A DNA stretch of 64,000 nucleotides from an uncultured cyanobacterium (lineage in GTDB: Bacteria > Cyanobacteriota > Cyanobacteriia > Pseudanabaenales > Pseudanabaenaceae), in assembly GCA_963703315.1 (NCBI GenBank), contig OY969811.1, positions 3,744,001 through 3,808,000 of the forward strand, given 5' to 3'. The notes beneath the pieces are model-generated. The model was given only the letters and a program-made list of their open reading frames with translations. It was not told the DNA's origin and made no database searches. Position 1 is the first letter of the stretch, and each line of letters opens with the position of its first letter. Below, piece after piece: positions 1 through 9,313 of the stretch. Position numbers and translations under genes: made by a program.

Positions 1-2
1 TG

Positions 3-272
3 GATGAATATCAACGGACTCGGAGGGTGATTCAATCAATTACAGGTCAAAAACAAGTCCTTGATAGCGATCGTGATTTACAGCGATCAGTACAGCTACG
101 CAATGGGTCGATCGTTCCCCTTGGATTCATTCAAGCCTCGCTGCTGAAGCGGTTACGCCAGCACCGTCCTGATACTGTCGATCTGCGATCGCGCTATTCC
201 AAAAATGAACTCTTGCGCGGTGCATTACTAACGATTAACGGTATTGCCGCAGGGATGAGAAATACGGGCTAG
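3..272 (+). CDS. ppc: Phosphoenolpyruvate carboxylase, C-terminal end (gene starts before the window)
   Basis: Ends in the PEPC signature [14 protein letters not shown]; frame is open back to the window start. Confidence 0.95.
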   Translation, partial: DEYQRTRRVIQSITGQKQVLDSDRDLQRSVQLRNGSIVPLGFIQASLLKRLRQHRPDTVDLRSRYSKNELLRGALLTINGIAAGMRNTG

Positions 273-275
273 CCC

Positions 276-302
276 TAGAAAGCACCCTAAAGGTGCTTTC
301 TA
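276..302 (+). terminator. Hairpin after ppc, likely terminator
   Basis: TAGAAAGCACC-ctaaa-GGTGCTTTCTA immediately after the stop codon. Confidence 0.55.
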
Positions 303-371
303 TTTAGAACGCAAAGCGTTATACATCCATGTTACGATTTTGGACAAACTGAGTGTGTTTATTGAGCGTGT

Positions 372-1430
372 GTGAGGAATATGAGCCCCAATCGTAATTT
401 CCACGATCCCATTCGGGTTGGTGTTATAGGTATCGGTAATATGGGGCAGCATCATGCAAGAGTACTCAGCTTGCTTAAGGATGCAGAATTAGTTGGCGTT
501 TCTGACGTGAACTTAGAGCGTGGACGCGATACGGCTAGTAAACACCGCGTACTTTTTTTTGAGGATTATCACGAGCTTTTACCCCTAGTTGATGCCGTCT
601 GTATCGCTGTTCCCACCCGCTTACATTACGATGTGGGGACGACTTGCCTCAAGGCTGGCGTTAATGTCCTGATTGAAAAGCCGATCGCCGCCACCATCGA
701 AGAAGCCGAATCGCTCGTTAAAACTGCTACCGAACATAATCGCATTCTCCAAGTTGGGCATATTGAACGTTTCAACCCCGCTTTCCAAGAATTAAGCAAA
801 GTTTTAAAGCATGAGACGATTTTGGCGATCGAAGCCGATCGCATGAGTCCTTACTCACAACGGGCTAACGATGTGTCGGTTGTGTTTGATCTCATGATTC
901 ACGATATTGATCTAATCCTTGAACTAGTCCCCTCAGCGATCGTGCAAGTTTCAGCTCATGGCAATCGCGTTTCGCCAGAATCTAGCTATCTCGACTATGT
1001 GACTGCCACCATTGGCTTTGAAAATGGCGTAATTGCCACGCTGACTGCTAGCAAAGTTACCCATCGTAAAAAACGCAAAATTACTGCTCATTGCAAAAAC
1101 TCGCTTACAGAGTCAGATTTTCTAAATAACGAAATTTTAATCCATCGTCAAACCACTGCCAATTGGACTACTGATTACGGTCAGGTGCTATATCGTCAAG
1201 ATGGCTTTATCGAAAAAGTCTATACCAGCAATATTGAGCCGCTTCACGCGGAGCTAGAGCATTTTGTATCCTGTGTGCGCGACAAAGCCCAACCTTCAGT
1301 CGGCGGTGACCAAGCCCTAAAAACTTTGCGTCTTGCAAGTCTGATCGAACAAACAGCGATCGATGGTCAAGTCTGGCGCAGTTGCGATTTGCAATTACGT
1401 GAAATAGCTACAGCAGGGAGCTACCTTTAA
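372..1430 (+). CDS. Gfo/Idh/MocA family NAD(P)-dependent oxidoreductase
   Basis: GVIGIGNMG Rossmann motif, EKP motif, GHIERFNP, DLMIHDID. Confidence 0.9.
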   Translation: MRNMSPNRNFHDPIRVGVIGIGNMGQHHARVLSLLKDAELVGVSDVNLERGRDTASKHRVLFFEDYHELLPLVDAVCIAVPTRLHYDVGTTCLKAGVNVLIEKPIAATIEEAESLVKTATEHNRILQVGHIERFNPAFQELSKVLKHETILAIEADRMSPYSQRANDVSVVFDLMIHDIDLILELVPSAIVQVSAHGNRVSPESSYLDYVTATIGFENGVIATLTASKVTHRKKRKITAHCKNSLTESDFLNNEILIHRQTTANWTTDYGQVLYRQDGFIEKVYTSNIEPLHAELEHFVSCVRDKAQPSVGGDQALKTLRLASLIEQTAIDGQVWRSCDLQLREIATAGSYL

Positions 1431-1465
1431 TACCTATTTTGGGGTGAACTCGATTGGTAGATTCA

Positions 1466-1753
1466 CTAATCACCCGAATGAGTAGATGAGACGAGAGATC
1501 GATGCTCACCAGAGATAACCGTTGTACTTAGTAGATGGTGTAAGGCTATCCCATCATCGAGTTCGTCCCACCATATTCCATAACCATCGGATTCAATACT
1601 AAAATTTTGTTGTTGTTCTTCAGCAGCTTGTTTAAGCCATTTCATATTCGTACAGGGAAATATGATAATTCTTCCATCGTTTAGAAAAACTGTAAGTAAG
1701 TCGTTGTGAAAGCAGGCATTCACAATTTTCGTGTTAAGAAAATAATTCATCAT
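1466..1753 (-). CDS. DUF2442-family protein (probable start MMNYF at 1753)
   Basis: L-x-V-x-L-x-DGR and W-L-x-x-A...GIWWDELDDGI pattern. Confidence 0.7.
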   Translation of the reverse strand: MMNYFLNTKIVNACFHNDLLTVFLNDGRIIIFPCTNMKWLKQAAEEQQQNFSIESDGYGIWWDELDDGIALHHLLSTTVISGEHRSLVSSTHSGD

Positions 1754-1929
1754 GAATGTGTGGCGGTTCGCCGTGATCGCTTGAATAAAACTGAAATTTG
1801 AAGCCATTAACGATTTTTGATGGCACTGCGATTTATGCCTCAATTAGATTTTATCTTTGCTAATTATACGAATACTTGTAATTATCTCTAAATCTGACGA
1901 TAATGTGATAGTCCGCAAGTTTTAGCAAT

Positions 1930-2967
1930 ATGAACGATCCCTTAGCTGAAAAAATTGGTATTAACGTTCAGGGCGGTACTGTGAATGTGCAGAACCTTAA
2001 TATTGGGATTGCAGAAAGGTTAGAGAAATCAGGAGATGGCGTCAGAATTTTAGTAGTAGCAGCTAATCCTTTGGGATCGTCGCCTCTGAAGCTAGATCAT
2101 GAGGTGAAAACCATCCAAGAGGCGTTAAGGCGATCGCGCAAACGTGATAATTTTGTGGTGGAATATCGACTGGCGGCTACTCCTTCAGAATTGCGCCGTG
2201 CTTTGTTGGATTTGGAACCGCACGTTTTGCATTTTAGTGGTCATGGTGCGGGAGAGCAGGGTTTACTGTTTGTAAGTGATGAGTCGGCAGGGGCGATCTA
2301 TCGTTCGGATAGTGGCGAGGTGCGATCGCGTTCCACTAATACTAATGAAATTAAATTTGTTCCCGCACAACCACTGGCGAATTTATTGCAGCTTTGCGAT
2401 GAACATTTGGAATGTGTGGTTTTGAATGCTTGTTATTCGGATGTGCAGGGCAATGCGATATCTGCAAATATTCCGTTCACGATTGGGGTGCGCGATGTGG
2501 TTGAGGATAATGTGGCAATTAAGTTTTCGCAGGGGTTTTATGATGCGATCGGCGTGGGGAAGGGTTATGAAAGTGCTTTTAAATGGGGGAAGGTGGCGAT
2601 CGAGTTCGATCTGGCAGACGATGAAGCTGCTAAAATTTTAGTTTTAAGGAAAAATGAAAAAACAACAATGACATCTCCGCAATCTCAAGACAATCCGTCT
2701 ATTAAACAATCTGCCCTAGAAAATGTGACGGCTGGCGGCAATATTAATGTCACTATTCATCAGGCGGTTTCTGCCCAATCTACTAAGCAAAATACAAGTA
2801 GCAACATACGACAACAGATGCAACAACGACAGATTGAATCACTCAAAGCTGAAATCGAAGCGATTAGCAACCAGTGGAAATCTGCGCTCAGTGATGAACA
2901 GCGTTTACAATTACAAAGACGTATCGACCAAAAATTTAAGCAATTGGGGGAACTAGAAAATGTCTGA
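1930..2967 (+). CDS. CHAT (caspase-like) domain protein with C-terminal helical adaptor
   Basis: ILVVAANP, L.LDHEV, catalytic HFSGHG and VLNAC motifs; C-terminal coiled coil. Confidence 0.85.
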   Translation: MNDPLAEKIGINVQGGTVNVQNLNIGIAERLEKSGDGVRILVVAANPLGSSPLKLDHEVKTIQEALRRSRKRDNFVVEYRLAATPSELRRALLDLEPHVLHFSGHGAGEQGLLFVSDESAGAIYRSDSGEVRSRSTNTNEIKFVPAQPLANLLQLCDEHLECVVLNACYSDVQGNAISANIPFTIGVRDVVEDNVAIKFSQGFYDAIGVGKGYESAFKWGKVAIEFDLADDEAAKILVLRKNEKTTMTSPQSQDNPSIKQSALENVTAGGNINVTIHQAVSAQSTKQNTSSNIRQQMQQRQIESLKAEIEAISNQWKSALSDEQRLQLQRRIDQKFKQLGELENV

Positions 2968-4240
2968 TCAAAGACGCGAATCCCATGAAATGCTAATCAA
3001 AGCGCTGCAAGAAGAAATACAGATAGCTCAGAATCAGTGGAAATCAGAGACGAGTGATGAACAGCGCGAAAAACTTCTACTCAGAATAAAACAAAAACAT
3101 GACCAGATAAGCGTTTTGAAGGTTAATGGCAATAACAATCAGCAAGAACAGAAAAGTAGTCCTCAAAATCTAGTAGCGCGAAATCCTGCCATTGAAGAAG
3201 AAAAACTTGGGTCTGGCAATGTCAAAAAACAACCATTTATCCAAACAACAAATATTAAACGCTCTTTTAACAACTTATTGAAAATTGTATTTCTGACTGT
3301 TGTTACGGTTGGTGGTATTACTTATTTCTGGCAAAGTTCAAAATTTAAATCTTCTGAACTACCATATACACCTCCTGTCACTTCTGCTCCAATTCCTAAT
3401 CCTTCTTCAGTCAGTCAAGTCAGTCCCACTCCAAGCAGTAGTCCCACACTCTCCCCCACTTCTACTCCAATTACCAATCCAAGTCAAGTCAGTCCCACTC
3501 CAAGCATTAGCCTCACACCCTCCCCCGTTTCTACTCCAATCCCTAATCTTTCTATAAATTTTGAGAAGAAAGGGCGGGACAAAGCAGCTAAAGGAGATCT
3601 GCCTGGGGCGATCACCAATCATACAGAAGCCATTAGACTAAACCCAAACTATGCTGCTGCTTATAACAGTCGTGCATGGGCAAAATACCTACAAGGTGAT
3701 TTTCAGGAAGGATTAGTTGATGTTGATAAATCTCTTCTACTCGATTCAACAAATGCCAACGCTCAACATACCCGTGGGGCAATACTATTAGAACTTAATC
3801 GTTTTCAAGAAGCTATCGAATCTTTTAACTTTGCGATTAATCTTAATGGACAGTCTGCTATAGCATACCTAGATCGTGGTTTAGCTAAAGCTGAATTGGG
3901 ATACATTCAGGAAGCGATCAGCGACTACGACGAATCTATACGACTTAAACCTGACTATTCGCCTGCTTACAATAATCGCGGATTTGCCAAAGCAATGTTA
4001 GGAGACAATCAAGCAGCGATCATAGACTATACCAAAGCCATTGAAATAAATGCGAATTGGAGAACGAATAAGGGAAGATTACCCAATGTCTATTACAATC
4101 GTGGAAATGCTAACGCTGCATTAAGAAACCCACTTGGAGCATTAGCAGATTTCAGAGAAGCGTCTCGCCTTTTTCAGCAGCAAGGGAATACTGAATGGTA
4201 TAACAAATCTCGCGATAGGATTAAAGAACTAGGAGGATGA
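2960..4240 (+). CDS. Membrane-anchored TPR protein with N-terminal helical adaptor and Pro/Ser/Thr linker
   Basis: TM segment LLKIVFLTVVTVGGITYFW, PST-rich linker, AYNNRG-type TPRs; overlaps the upstream gene by 8 nt. Confidence 0.85.
   Translation: MSDQRRESHEMLIKALQEEIQIAQNQWKSETSDEQREKLLLRIKQKHDQISVLKVNGNNNQQEQKSSPQNLVARNPAIEEEKLGSGNVKKQPFIQTTNIKRSFNNLLKIVFLTVVTVGGITYFWQSSKFKSSELPYTPPVTSAPIPNPSSVSQVSPTPSSSPTLSPTSTPITNPSQVSPTPSISLTPSPVSTPIPNLSINFEKKGRDKAAKGDLPGAITNHTEAIRLNPNYAAAYNSRAWAKYLQGDFQEGLVDVDKSLLLDSTNANAQHTRGAILLELNRFQEAIESFNFAINLNGQSAIAYLDRGLAKAELGYIQEAISDYDESIRLKPDYSPAYNNRGFAKAMLGDNQAAIIDYTKAIEINANWRTNKGRLPNVYYNRGNANAALRNPLGALADFREASRLFQQQGNTEWYNKSRDRIKELGG
3413..3549 (+). repeat. 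69-bp tandem duplication encoding the Pro/Ser/Thr linker
   Basis: AGTCAAGTCAGTCCCACTCCAAGCA at 3413 and 3482. Confidence 0.8.
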
Positions 4241-4299
4241 GGTCTGAGGCGATGGAATATAATGTTAAGTCCCAAGCAATAAGGCAATGGAGGTAAATT

Positions 4300-4557
4300 A
4301 TGAGTCCCTTATTAACTAAAGTTTTAGCCGCCGCAACTCAACTCAACCCCCAAGAGCAACTACAACTAGTTTCACATCTGGTAAATATTTGGCAGCAATC
4401 ACCACACCTCAATGAAATATCTAATCAAATATCTACCGATAAAACCACTAAAAGCCCAACATTAAGCCGCAAACATCTTTTTGGCTGTATGAAAGGCAAA
4501 ATAAAAATGGCTCCAGATTTCGATGCTCCCCTTGCTGATTTTGCTGAATATATGTGA
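4300..4557 (+). CDS. DUF2281-type antitoxin (VapB-like)
   Basis: C-terminal FGCMKGKIKMAPDFDAPLADFAEYM; overlaps the PIN gene. Confidence 0.8.
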   Translation: MSPLLTKVLAAATQLNPQEQLQLVSHLVNIWQQSPHLNEISNQISTDKTTKSPTLSRKHLFGCMKGKIKMAPDFDAPLADFAEYM

Positions 4558-4949
4558 TGAAATTATTACTGGATACTCATATTTTGATTTGGTTGTTAGA
4601 GGGCAATCAAAACCTTAGCCCTAGAGTCAGACAGGTAATAGAAGATGAAACCAATGCCCTGTATCTTAGCATAGTAAGCTTATGGGAAATTGCGATCAAG
4701 ACCAGCCTTAGCAAACTCCAATTAGAAACTCCACTAGAAAAAATTATCTGTGATTTTGTGTTGCCTAGTGGAATCAAGATTTTACCAATTGATATTGCAC
4801 ATTTACTAACACTACAAAACCTACCATTTCACCATCGCGATCCATTTGATCGCCTATTAATTGCTCAAGCAAAATCAGAAACTTTAATCTTAGTTTCTGA
4901 AGATCGCGTCTTTCGTCAATATCAGGTAAATGTACTCGGACAGAAGTAA
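4554..4949 (+). CDS. vapC: PIN-domain VapC toxin
   Basis: LLLDTHILIW, SLWEIAIK, HRDPFDRLLIAQA. Confidence 0.9.
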   Translation: MMKLLLDTHILIWLLEGNQNLSPRVRQVIEDETNALYLSIVSLWEIAIKTSLSKLQLETPLEKIICDFVLPSGIKILPIDIAHLLTLQNLPFHHRDPFDRLLIAQAKSETLILVSEDRVFRQYQVNVLGQK

Positions 4950-4951
4950 AC

Positions 4952-5075
4952 CTTATATAGCAAAAAAAGTTGTGCTTAGGACACAAAACCCAAGAAGCGA
5001 GTTGCGGCGCTCCGCGCCGCAACTCGCTTCTTGGGTTTTAGTTTGTACTAACCAACTCTTGCTTTGCTATATAAG
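4952..5075. mobile_element. MITE-like palindromic element
   Basis: Terminal IR CTTATATAGCAAA...TTTGCTATATAAG around the internal hairpin AAAACCCAAGAAGCGAGTTGCGGCGC-tcc-GCGCCGCAACTCGCTTCTTGGGTTTT. Confidence 0.6.
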
Positions 5076-5076
5076 T

Positions 5077-5200
5077 ATGTGGCGGCAAGAGCGTCGAGAT
5101 CTTGACGACAGCACAGTATGGGTACGCAATATTCGAGAAAATGAGTGGTCAAAAGGTAATGACGAATCTCACAATCATTGATACAGATATCTTGATATAG
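5077..5200 (+). pseudogene. Remnant of a second vapBC module (antitoxin C-terminus plus first 13 codons of a PIN toxin)
   Basis: MWRQERRDLDDSTVWVRNIRENEW overlapping MTNLTIIDTDILI-stop (5159-5200). Confidence 0.55.
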
Positions 5201-5288
5201 AAAAATAGATCTAGTAATTAGGTCAATTTGAGCAAGTTGCTTGGATATCCCTCACCCGTTAGCATGATTCTCTAAGGACAGAAACCAT

Positions 5289-5335
5289 TCAAAAAGCCAG
5301 AAACCCACTCAGTGAGTGGGTTTCTGGCTTTTTGA
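5289..5335. repeat. Perfect intergenic palindrome
   Basis: TCAAAAAGCCAGAAACCCACTCA-g-TGAGTGGGTTTCTGGCTTTTTGA. Confidence 0.8.
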
Positions 5336-5412
5336 TCCTTCGGGAACTCTGGGAACAATGCCAATTCTCTCCAGTCAAAAGAGTCATGTTTAGCAGGAAA
5401 TCAAACAAGCTC

Positions 5413-5913
5413 ATGAAATCTCTTACCAAAATCTCTCTAGGAATCGCGATCGCTACTTCTGTTATTACCTCTTTTAGTGCGATCGCCTCAGCCGAAGAAG
5501 TCAAGACCCCTGGAAGCTATATTGGCGCAGGTGCTTCTCTCCAAAGTTTTGCTACAAACCCTTCTAATGTTGGCGCAAACATAGCTGGTCGCTACAAATT
5601 TGATGATGCACCTGTTTCGATTAGAAGTTCGGTTCTATTTGGTAATGGTGGTACTTCCGTTGTTCCTACCGTTTCCTATGACTTACCAGTAGGCGATCGC
5701 GCCAACGTTTATCTTGGTGCTGGAGCATCAATTAAAGTTGGTGGCGACAATAGCTTGACAGGTAATCAAACCGCTTTCGCTTTACAACCTGGCGCAGAAG
5801 TTAGTCTTACCAAGAATGTTCTCCTTTATGGCAACGCGGTAATTCCCTTCAACGGTCAAACTAATGGCTCCGCAGGTACTTCCCTCCAAGCAGGTGTTGG
5901 CTTGCAGTTCTAA
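5413..5913 (+). CDS. Small outer-membrane beta-barrel protein
   Basis: Signal peptide ending ASA, alternating beta strands, YLGAG motif, C-terminal Phe (GVGLQF). Confidence 0.75.
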   Translation: MKSLTKISLGIAIATSVITSFSAIASAEEVKTPGSYIGAGASLQSFATNPSNVGANIAGRYKFDDAPVSIRSSVLFGNGGTSVVPTVSYDLPVGDRANVYLGAGASIKVGGDNSLTGNQTAFALQPGAEVSLTKNVLLYGNAVIPFNGQTNGSAGTSLQAGVGLQF

Positions 5914-6017
5914 AAAATAATTCCACAAAGAGCAATGCTCTTTGTGGAATTTAAAAACCTTAATTGGTTTGATTTCCAATTCCCTGAAGTGTTCTTACAT
6001 TTCAGGGAATTGGCATA

Positions 6018-6368
6018 TTAAGCTTCCCAAAAACTACAGCCTTGGCAAGGTCCATCAGGATTTACGGCACAACGAATTATTTCTGAACAAGCATTATATC
6101 GACAACTACTATCCCCAATAATTAAACGCCCATTTACTAAACTTCTTTCCAAATTTTCAGGGGCGATCTGAACATATACTAAAATGCTAAATAAGTTATA
6201 TTTTCCTCCACGTAACTGATAGCGATGACGGCGCTCTAAAATTGTGTAGGTTTTGCCTTCTACATCAATATAGTTACCAGGTTGAGGCATCCAATCTAGA
6301 TATATTTTACCCAAAGTGCTTTCAGGATGAAGAGTCCGCACTTCTGTTGGCACTGTCGGTATTTCCAT
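6018..6368 (-). CDS. DUF6464-family cyanobacterial protein
   Basis: LERRHRYQL and IGDSSCRYNA...RCAVNPDGPCQGC. Confidence 0.75.
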   Translation of the reverse strand: MEIPTVPTEVRTLHPESTLGKIYLDWMPQPGNYIDVEGKTYTILERRHRYQLRGGKYNLFSILVYVQIAPENLERSLVNGRLIIGDSSCRYNACSEIIRCAVNPDGPCQGCSFWEA

Positions 6369-6483
6369 AGAGTTTTGAAAGTTGGGTGGTTTAATTGCAA
6401 AAATGTTGTGATCGCCTGATTTTGATGCGTAATAGGTGTATTTCATCATAGACTGATTTTAGCTATCCCACCCGCAACTCTGT

Positions 6484-7500
6484 ATGTACCGTAAACGATT
6501 AGTAGCGATCGCCATCTTTATATTGACATTGGTGACATTAATCTTCTTGGCAGAACCAGCTAGAACTAAGGTCATCGCCGATGTCAAGCCGACAGGGACT
6601 CAAGTCAACCCAAAAAACACTAAAAAAATCGCCCAAAATCAAAATCTTAATTTCTCAGCAGCAGTAAATCAGGTTGCTCCAGTATTAGGTTGTGAAATCC
6701 AGCCCCCAGCCAATCCCCCCGATCCATCATTACCCGCAACACTTACTTCTGTTTCCATCACCTTAGATCGGTTTCGCAAACCCTCAATTTCCTCTACATC
6801 TAATATTAATTCTTCTCAAAAAGCGATCGCCTATACCCCTAAAGAAATGATTGCTTTGGCGGCGGCTTCTAACTATGGCGATCGCTATTTCAAGGATTTA
6901 TTTGGTAAACCAGCTAATAGTCAGCCGATTATCGTCCTCCATGAAACAGTCGGATCGGCAAATGGTGTGATTAACTTTTTTCAAGAGTTCCAAACTGATG
7001 AAGATAACCAAGCTAGCTACCATACCTTAATTGCTCTTGATGGAACAATTATCTACTTTGTGCCACCAGATAAACGTGCTTTTGGAGCAGGAAACTCTGT
7101 CTTTGTAAGTTCTTTAGGCAAAGAAGCAGTACAGACAAATCCTCGATATTCCAGTTCTGTCAATAATTTTGCCTATCACATTGCCCTCGAAACTCCTGCG
7201 GATGGAATACATAATGGCTATACCCATAGCGGATATACAGAAGCCCAATATCAATCCTTAGCATGGTTAGTTGCCAAAACAAATGTACCTCTAGAACGGA
7301 TTACCACTCATAGATCGGTAGACCTTTCTGGTTCTCGCATTGATCCACGTAGTTTCGATAAAAATCTCTTCCAAAAGCTACTGAGTGAATATCCTCGAAC
7401 CAATGAAATTATGATTGGTTGTCCATCAACTGTGCCAGATGCCAATGCGCCAACTTCCAAAAAAGTTTTACCAAAGAGTAAGCGATCGCCGTCAAACTAA
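6484..7500 (+). CDS. N-acetylmuramoyl-L-alanine amidase (Amidase_2)
   Basis: IVLHET, SYH, RAFGAG, TTH...DP; N-terminal membrane anchor. Confidence 0.85.
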   Translation: MYRKRLVAIAIFILTLVTLIFLAEPARTKVIADVKPTGTQVNPKNTKKIAQNQNLNFSAAVNQVAPVLGCEIQPPANPPDPSLPATLTSVSITLDRFRKPSISSTSNINSSQKAIAYTPKEMIALAAASNYGDRYFKDLFGKPANSQPIIVLHETVGSANGVINFFQEFQTDEDNQASYHTLIALDGTIIYFVPPDKRAFGAGNSVFVSSLGKEAVQTNPRYSSSVNNFAYHIALETPADGIHNGYTHSGYTEAQYQSLAWLVAKTNVPLERITTHRSVDLSGSRIDPRSFDKNLFQKLLSEYPRTNEIMIGCPSTVPDANAPTSKKVLPKSKRSPSN

Positions 7501-9228
7501 TAACTGATATTTCACCTGTGCCAATCGATAGAGTGGTCGCCACACCAGACGATTAGTCGTCACAACAAGCAACGACATGACAATTGTTGAAGCTAATAGC
7601 AGAGAAAAATCACCTACATCCGAAGCTTGGGTAATCGTCGAGCCTAAGCCCGTTGCGGTCAGTACTTTGCCCTGAAATTTAATATATTCTCCCGCGATAC
7701 TAGCATTCCACGCACCACCAACGGCGGTAATAATACCTGTAACTAGATAAGGAAAAATCCCTGGTAAAATCAAAGTTCGCCAACGTTCAAGAGATGAGAG
7801 TTTATAGACTCTAGCAGCTTCAAAAAGCTCTGAGGGGATGGCTTGCGCTCCTGCAATTACATTAAAAAGGATATACCACATACTCCCTAGAGTCATCAGA
7901 ATTACTGCGCCAATGTCTAATCCTCCTCCCACATTTGCTAAGCCTAATAAGAGAATTGGGAATAAAGCTGTAGCAGGAACAGAAGCCGCAATCTGCACAA
8001 TGGGTTGGAGAAACTGGGCTAACTTCGGACTACGCCCAATTGTGACACCAATTGGAACAGTGATTAACAACGACAAGATCAGAACTACTAAAACCCGAAT
8101 CGAAGTAAATAATGCTCCTTTAGCGACCTGTTGCCAAGAACTCAAGGGCATTTTACTCAGCAGCAAAACTGCTTCTAAAGTTCCACCTATAACAATAAAA
8201 CCAACAAAACCAATCAGTATCCAGTTCAACCAATTTAGCCATTTAGATGCTTGATAGGGATGGAGATCAGAACTTTGATGTTTAGTACTAAAGCCGCGAT
8301 TGAATGTTTCCGATATGGGCGTAAATAAGCGATCGCCGATAATTCGCATTGTGGGCGATCGCCTTAAAAAGTCGAGAACTCGCGATTCAGGGACTTGAGT
8401 TGCTTCGACAGTCTCATGTTTAAACTTTTCTGCCCAAGCGATCATCGGTCGCCAAATAAAATAATCAATGATCGTAATGATGCCAATTAAAACAATAATC
8501 CCCCAGAGAATCGCTACATTATCACCTTTGTCTGCTGCCGCCTTCAGAAATGATCCCAATCCTGGTAGCGTAAAGTTACGATTGGAAAGTGTAAAAGATT
8601 CCGTTTGCATGAGAAAGAACCATCCTCCTGCGACGGACATTACACTATTCCAGACTAGTCCTACCACACCCGAAGGTAATTCTAAAGTCCAAAAGCGTTG
8701 CCATGCACTAAGTCGATAAACTTGGCTAGCTTCGATCAGTTCATTAGGAATACTACTTAGAGATTGATAGAAACTAAAAGTCATATTCCAAGTCATACCC
8801 GTAAAAATCAGCAAGATCGAAGCAAGTTCGATTCCTAACCTTTGTCCAGGGAATACACCGACTAAGGCAAGCACCACCGCAGGTAAAAACGACAGTACAG
8901 GAATAGATTGGAGAATATCTAGTAAGGGAATTAGCACTTTCGACCATGTTTGAGAACGATAGGCAACATAGGCATAGGAGAGACTAAATAGTAAGGATAA
9001 TCCGTATGCAGCAAGCATTCTCACCAAAGTTTGCAATGCATAAGCAGGTAAGAAACTGAGTGATAGATTAATTACATATTCGCTGTCATAAGTACCTGTA
9101 AATTTACTAGCCGTCTGCACAATGATGAAAATCAAAGAGATAATTGCTAAGGGTAGTAAAACATCGCCAATGCTCCAGCGCGTGCGAAATTCTGACTTGG
9201 GATCGATAGTGGGTTGATACATAAGCAA
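7492..9228 (-). CDS. ABC transporter permease, NitT/TauT type, duplicated TM domain
   Basis: LDILQSIPVLSF; two EAA-like loops. Confidence 0.9.
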   Translation of the reverse strand: MLMYQPTIDPKSEFRTRWSIGDVLLPLAIISLIFIIVQTASKFTGTYDSEYVINLSLSFLPAYALQTLVRMLAAYGLSLLFSLSYAYVAYRSQTWSKVLIPLLDILQSIPVLSFLPAVVLALVGVFPGQRLGIELASILLIFTGMTWNMTFSFYQSLSSIPNELIEASQVYRLSAWQRFWTLELPSGVVGLVWNSVMSVAGGWFFLMQTESFTLSNRNFTLPGLGSFLKAAADKGDNVAILWGIIVLIGIITIIDYFIWRPMIAWAEKFKHETVEATQVPESRVLDFLRRSPTMRIIGDRLFTPISETFNRGFSTKHQSSDLHPYQASKWLNWLNWILIGFVGFIVIGGTLEAVLLLSKMPLSSWQQVAKGALFTSIRVLVVLILSLLITVPIGVTIGRSPKLAQFLQPIVQIAASVPATALFPILLLGLANVGGGLDIGAVILMTLGSMWYILFNVIAGAQAIPSELFEAARVYKLSSLERWRTLILPGIFPYLVTGIITAVGGAWNASIAGEYIKFQGKVLTATGLGSTITQASDVGDFSLLLASTIVMSLLVVTTNRLVWRPLYRLAQVKYQLLV

Positions 9229-9313
9229 TCTAGACTAAAAAATAAGTTAAGTGACTTACTTATAGATATAGGAATGACAACGCAATGCGTTGTCATTCCT
9301 ATATCTATAGGTT

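Noticed and set aside
4774..5181. Short ORFs spanning the palindromic element (also 16280-16561 and 12280-12519)
   Set aside because: Artefacts of reading through palindromic repeats; only the TA-remnant part was retained
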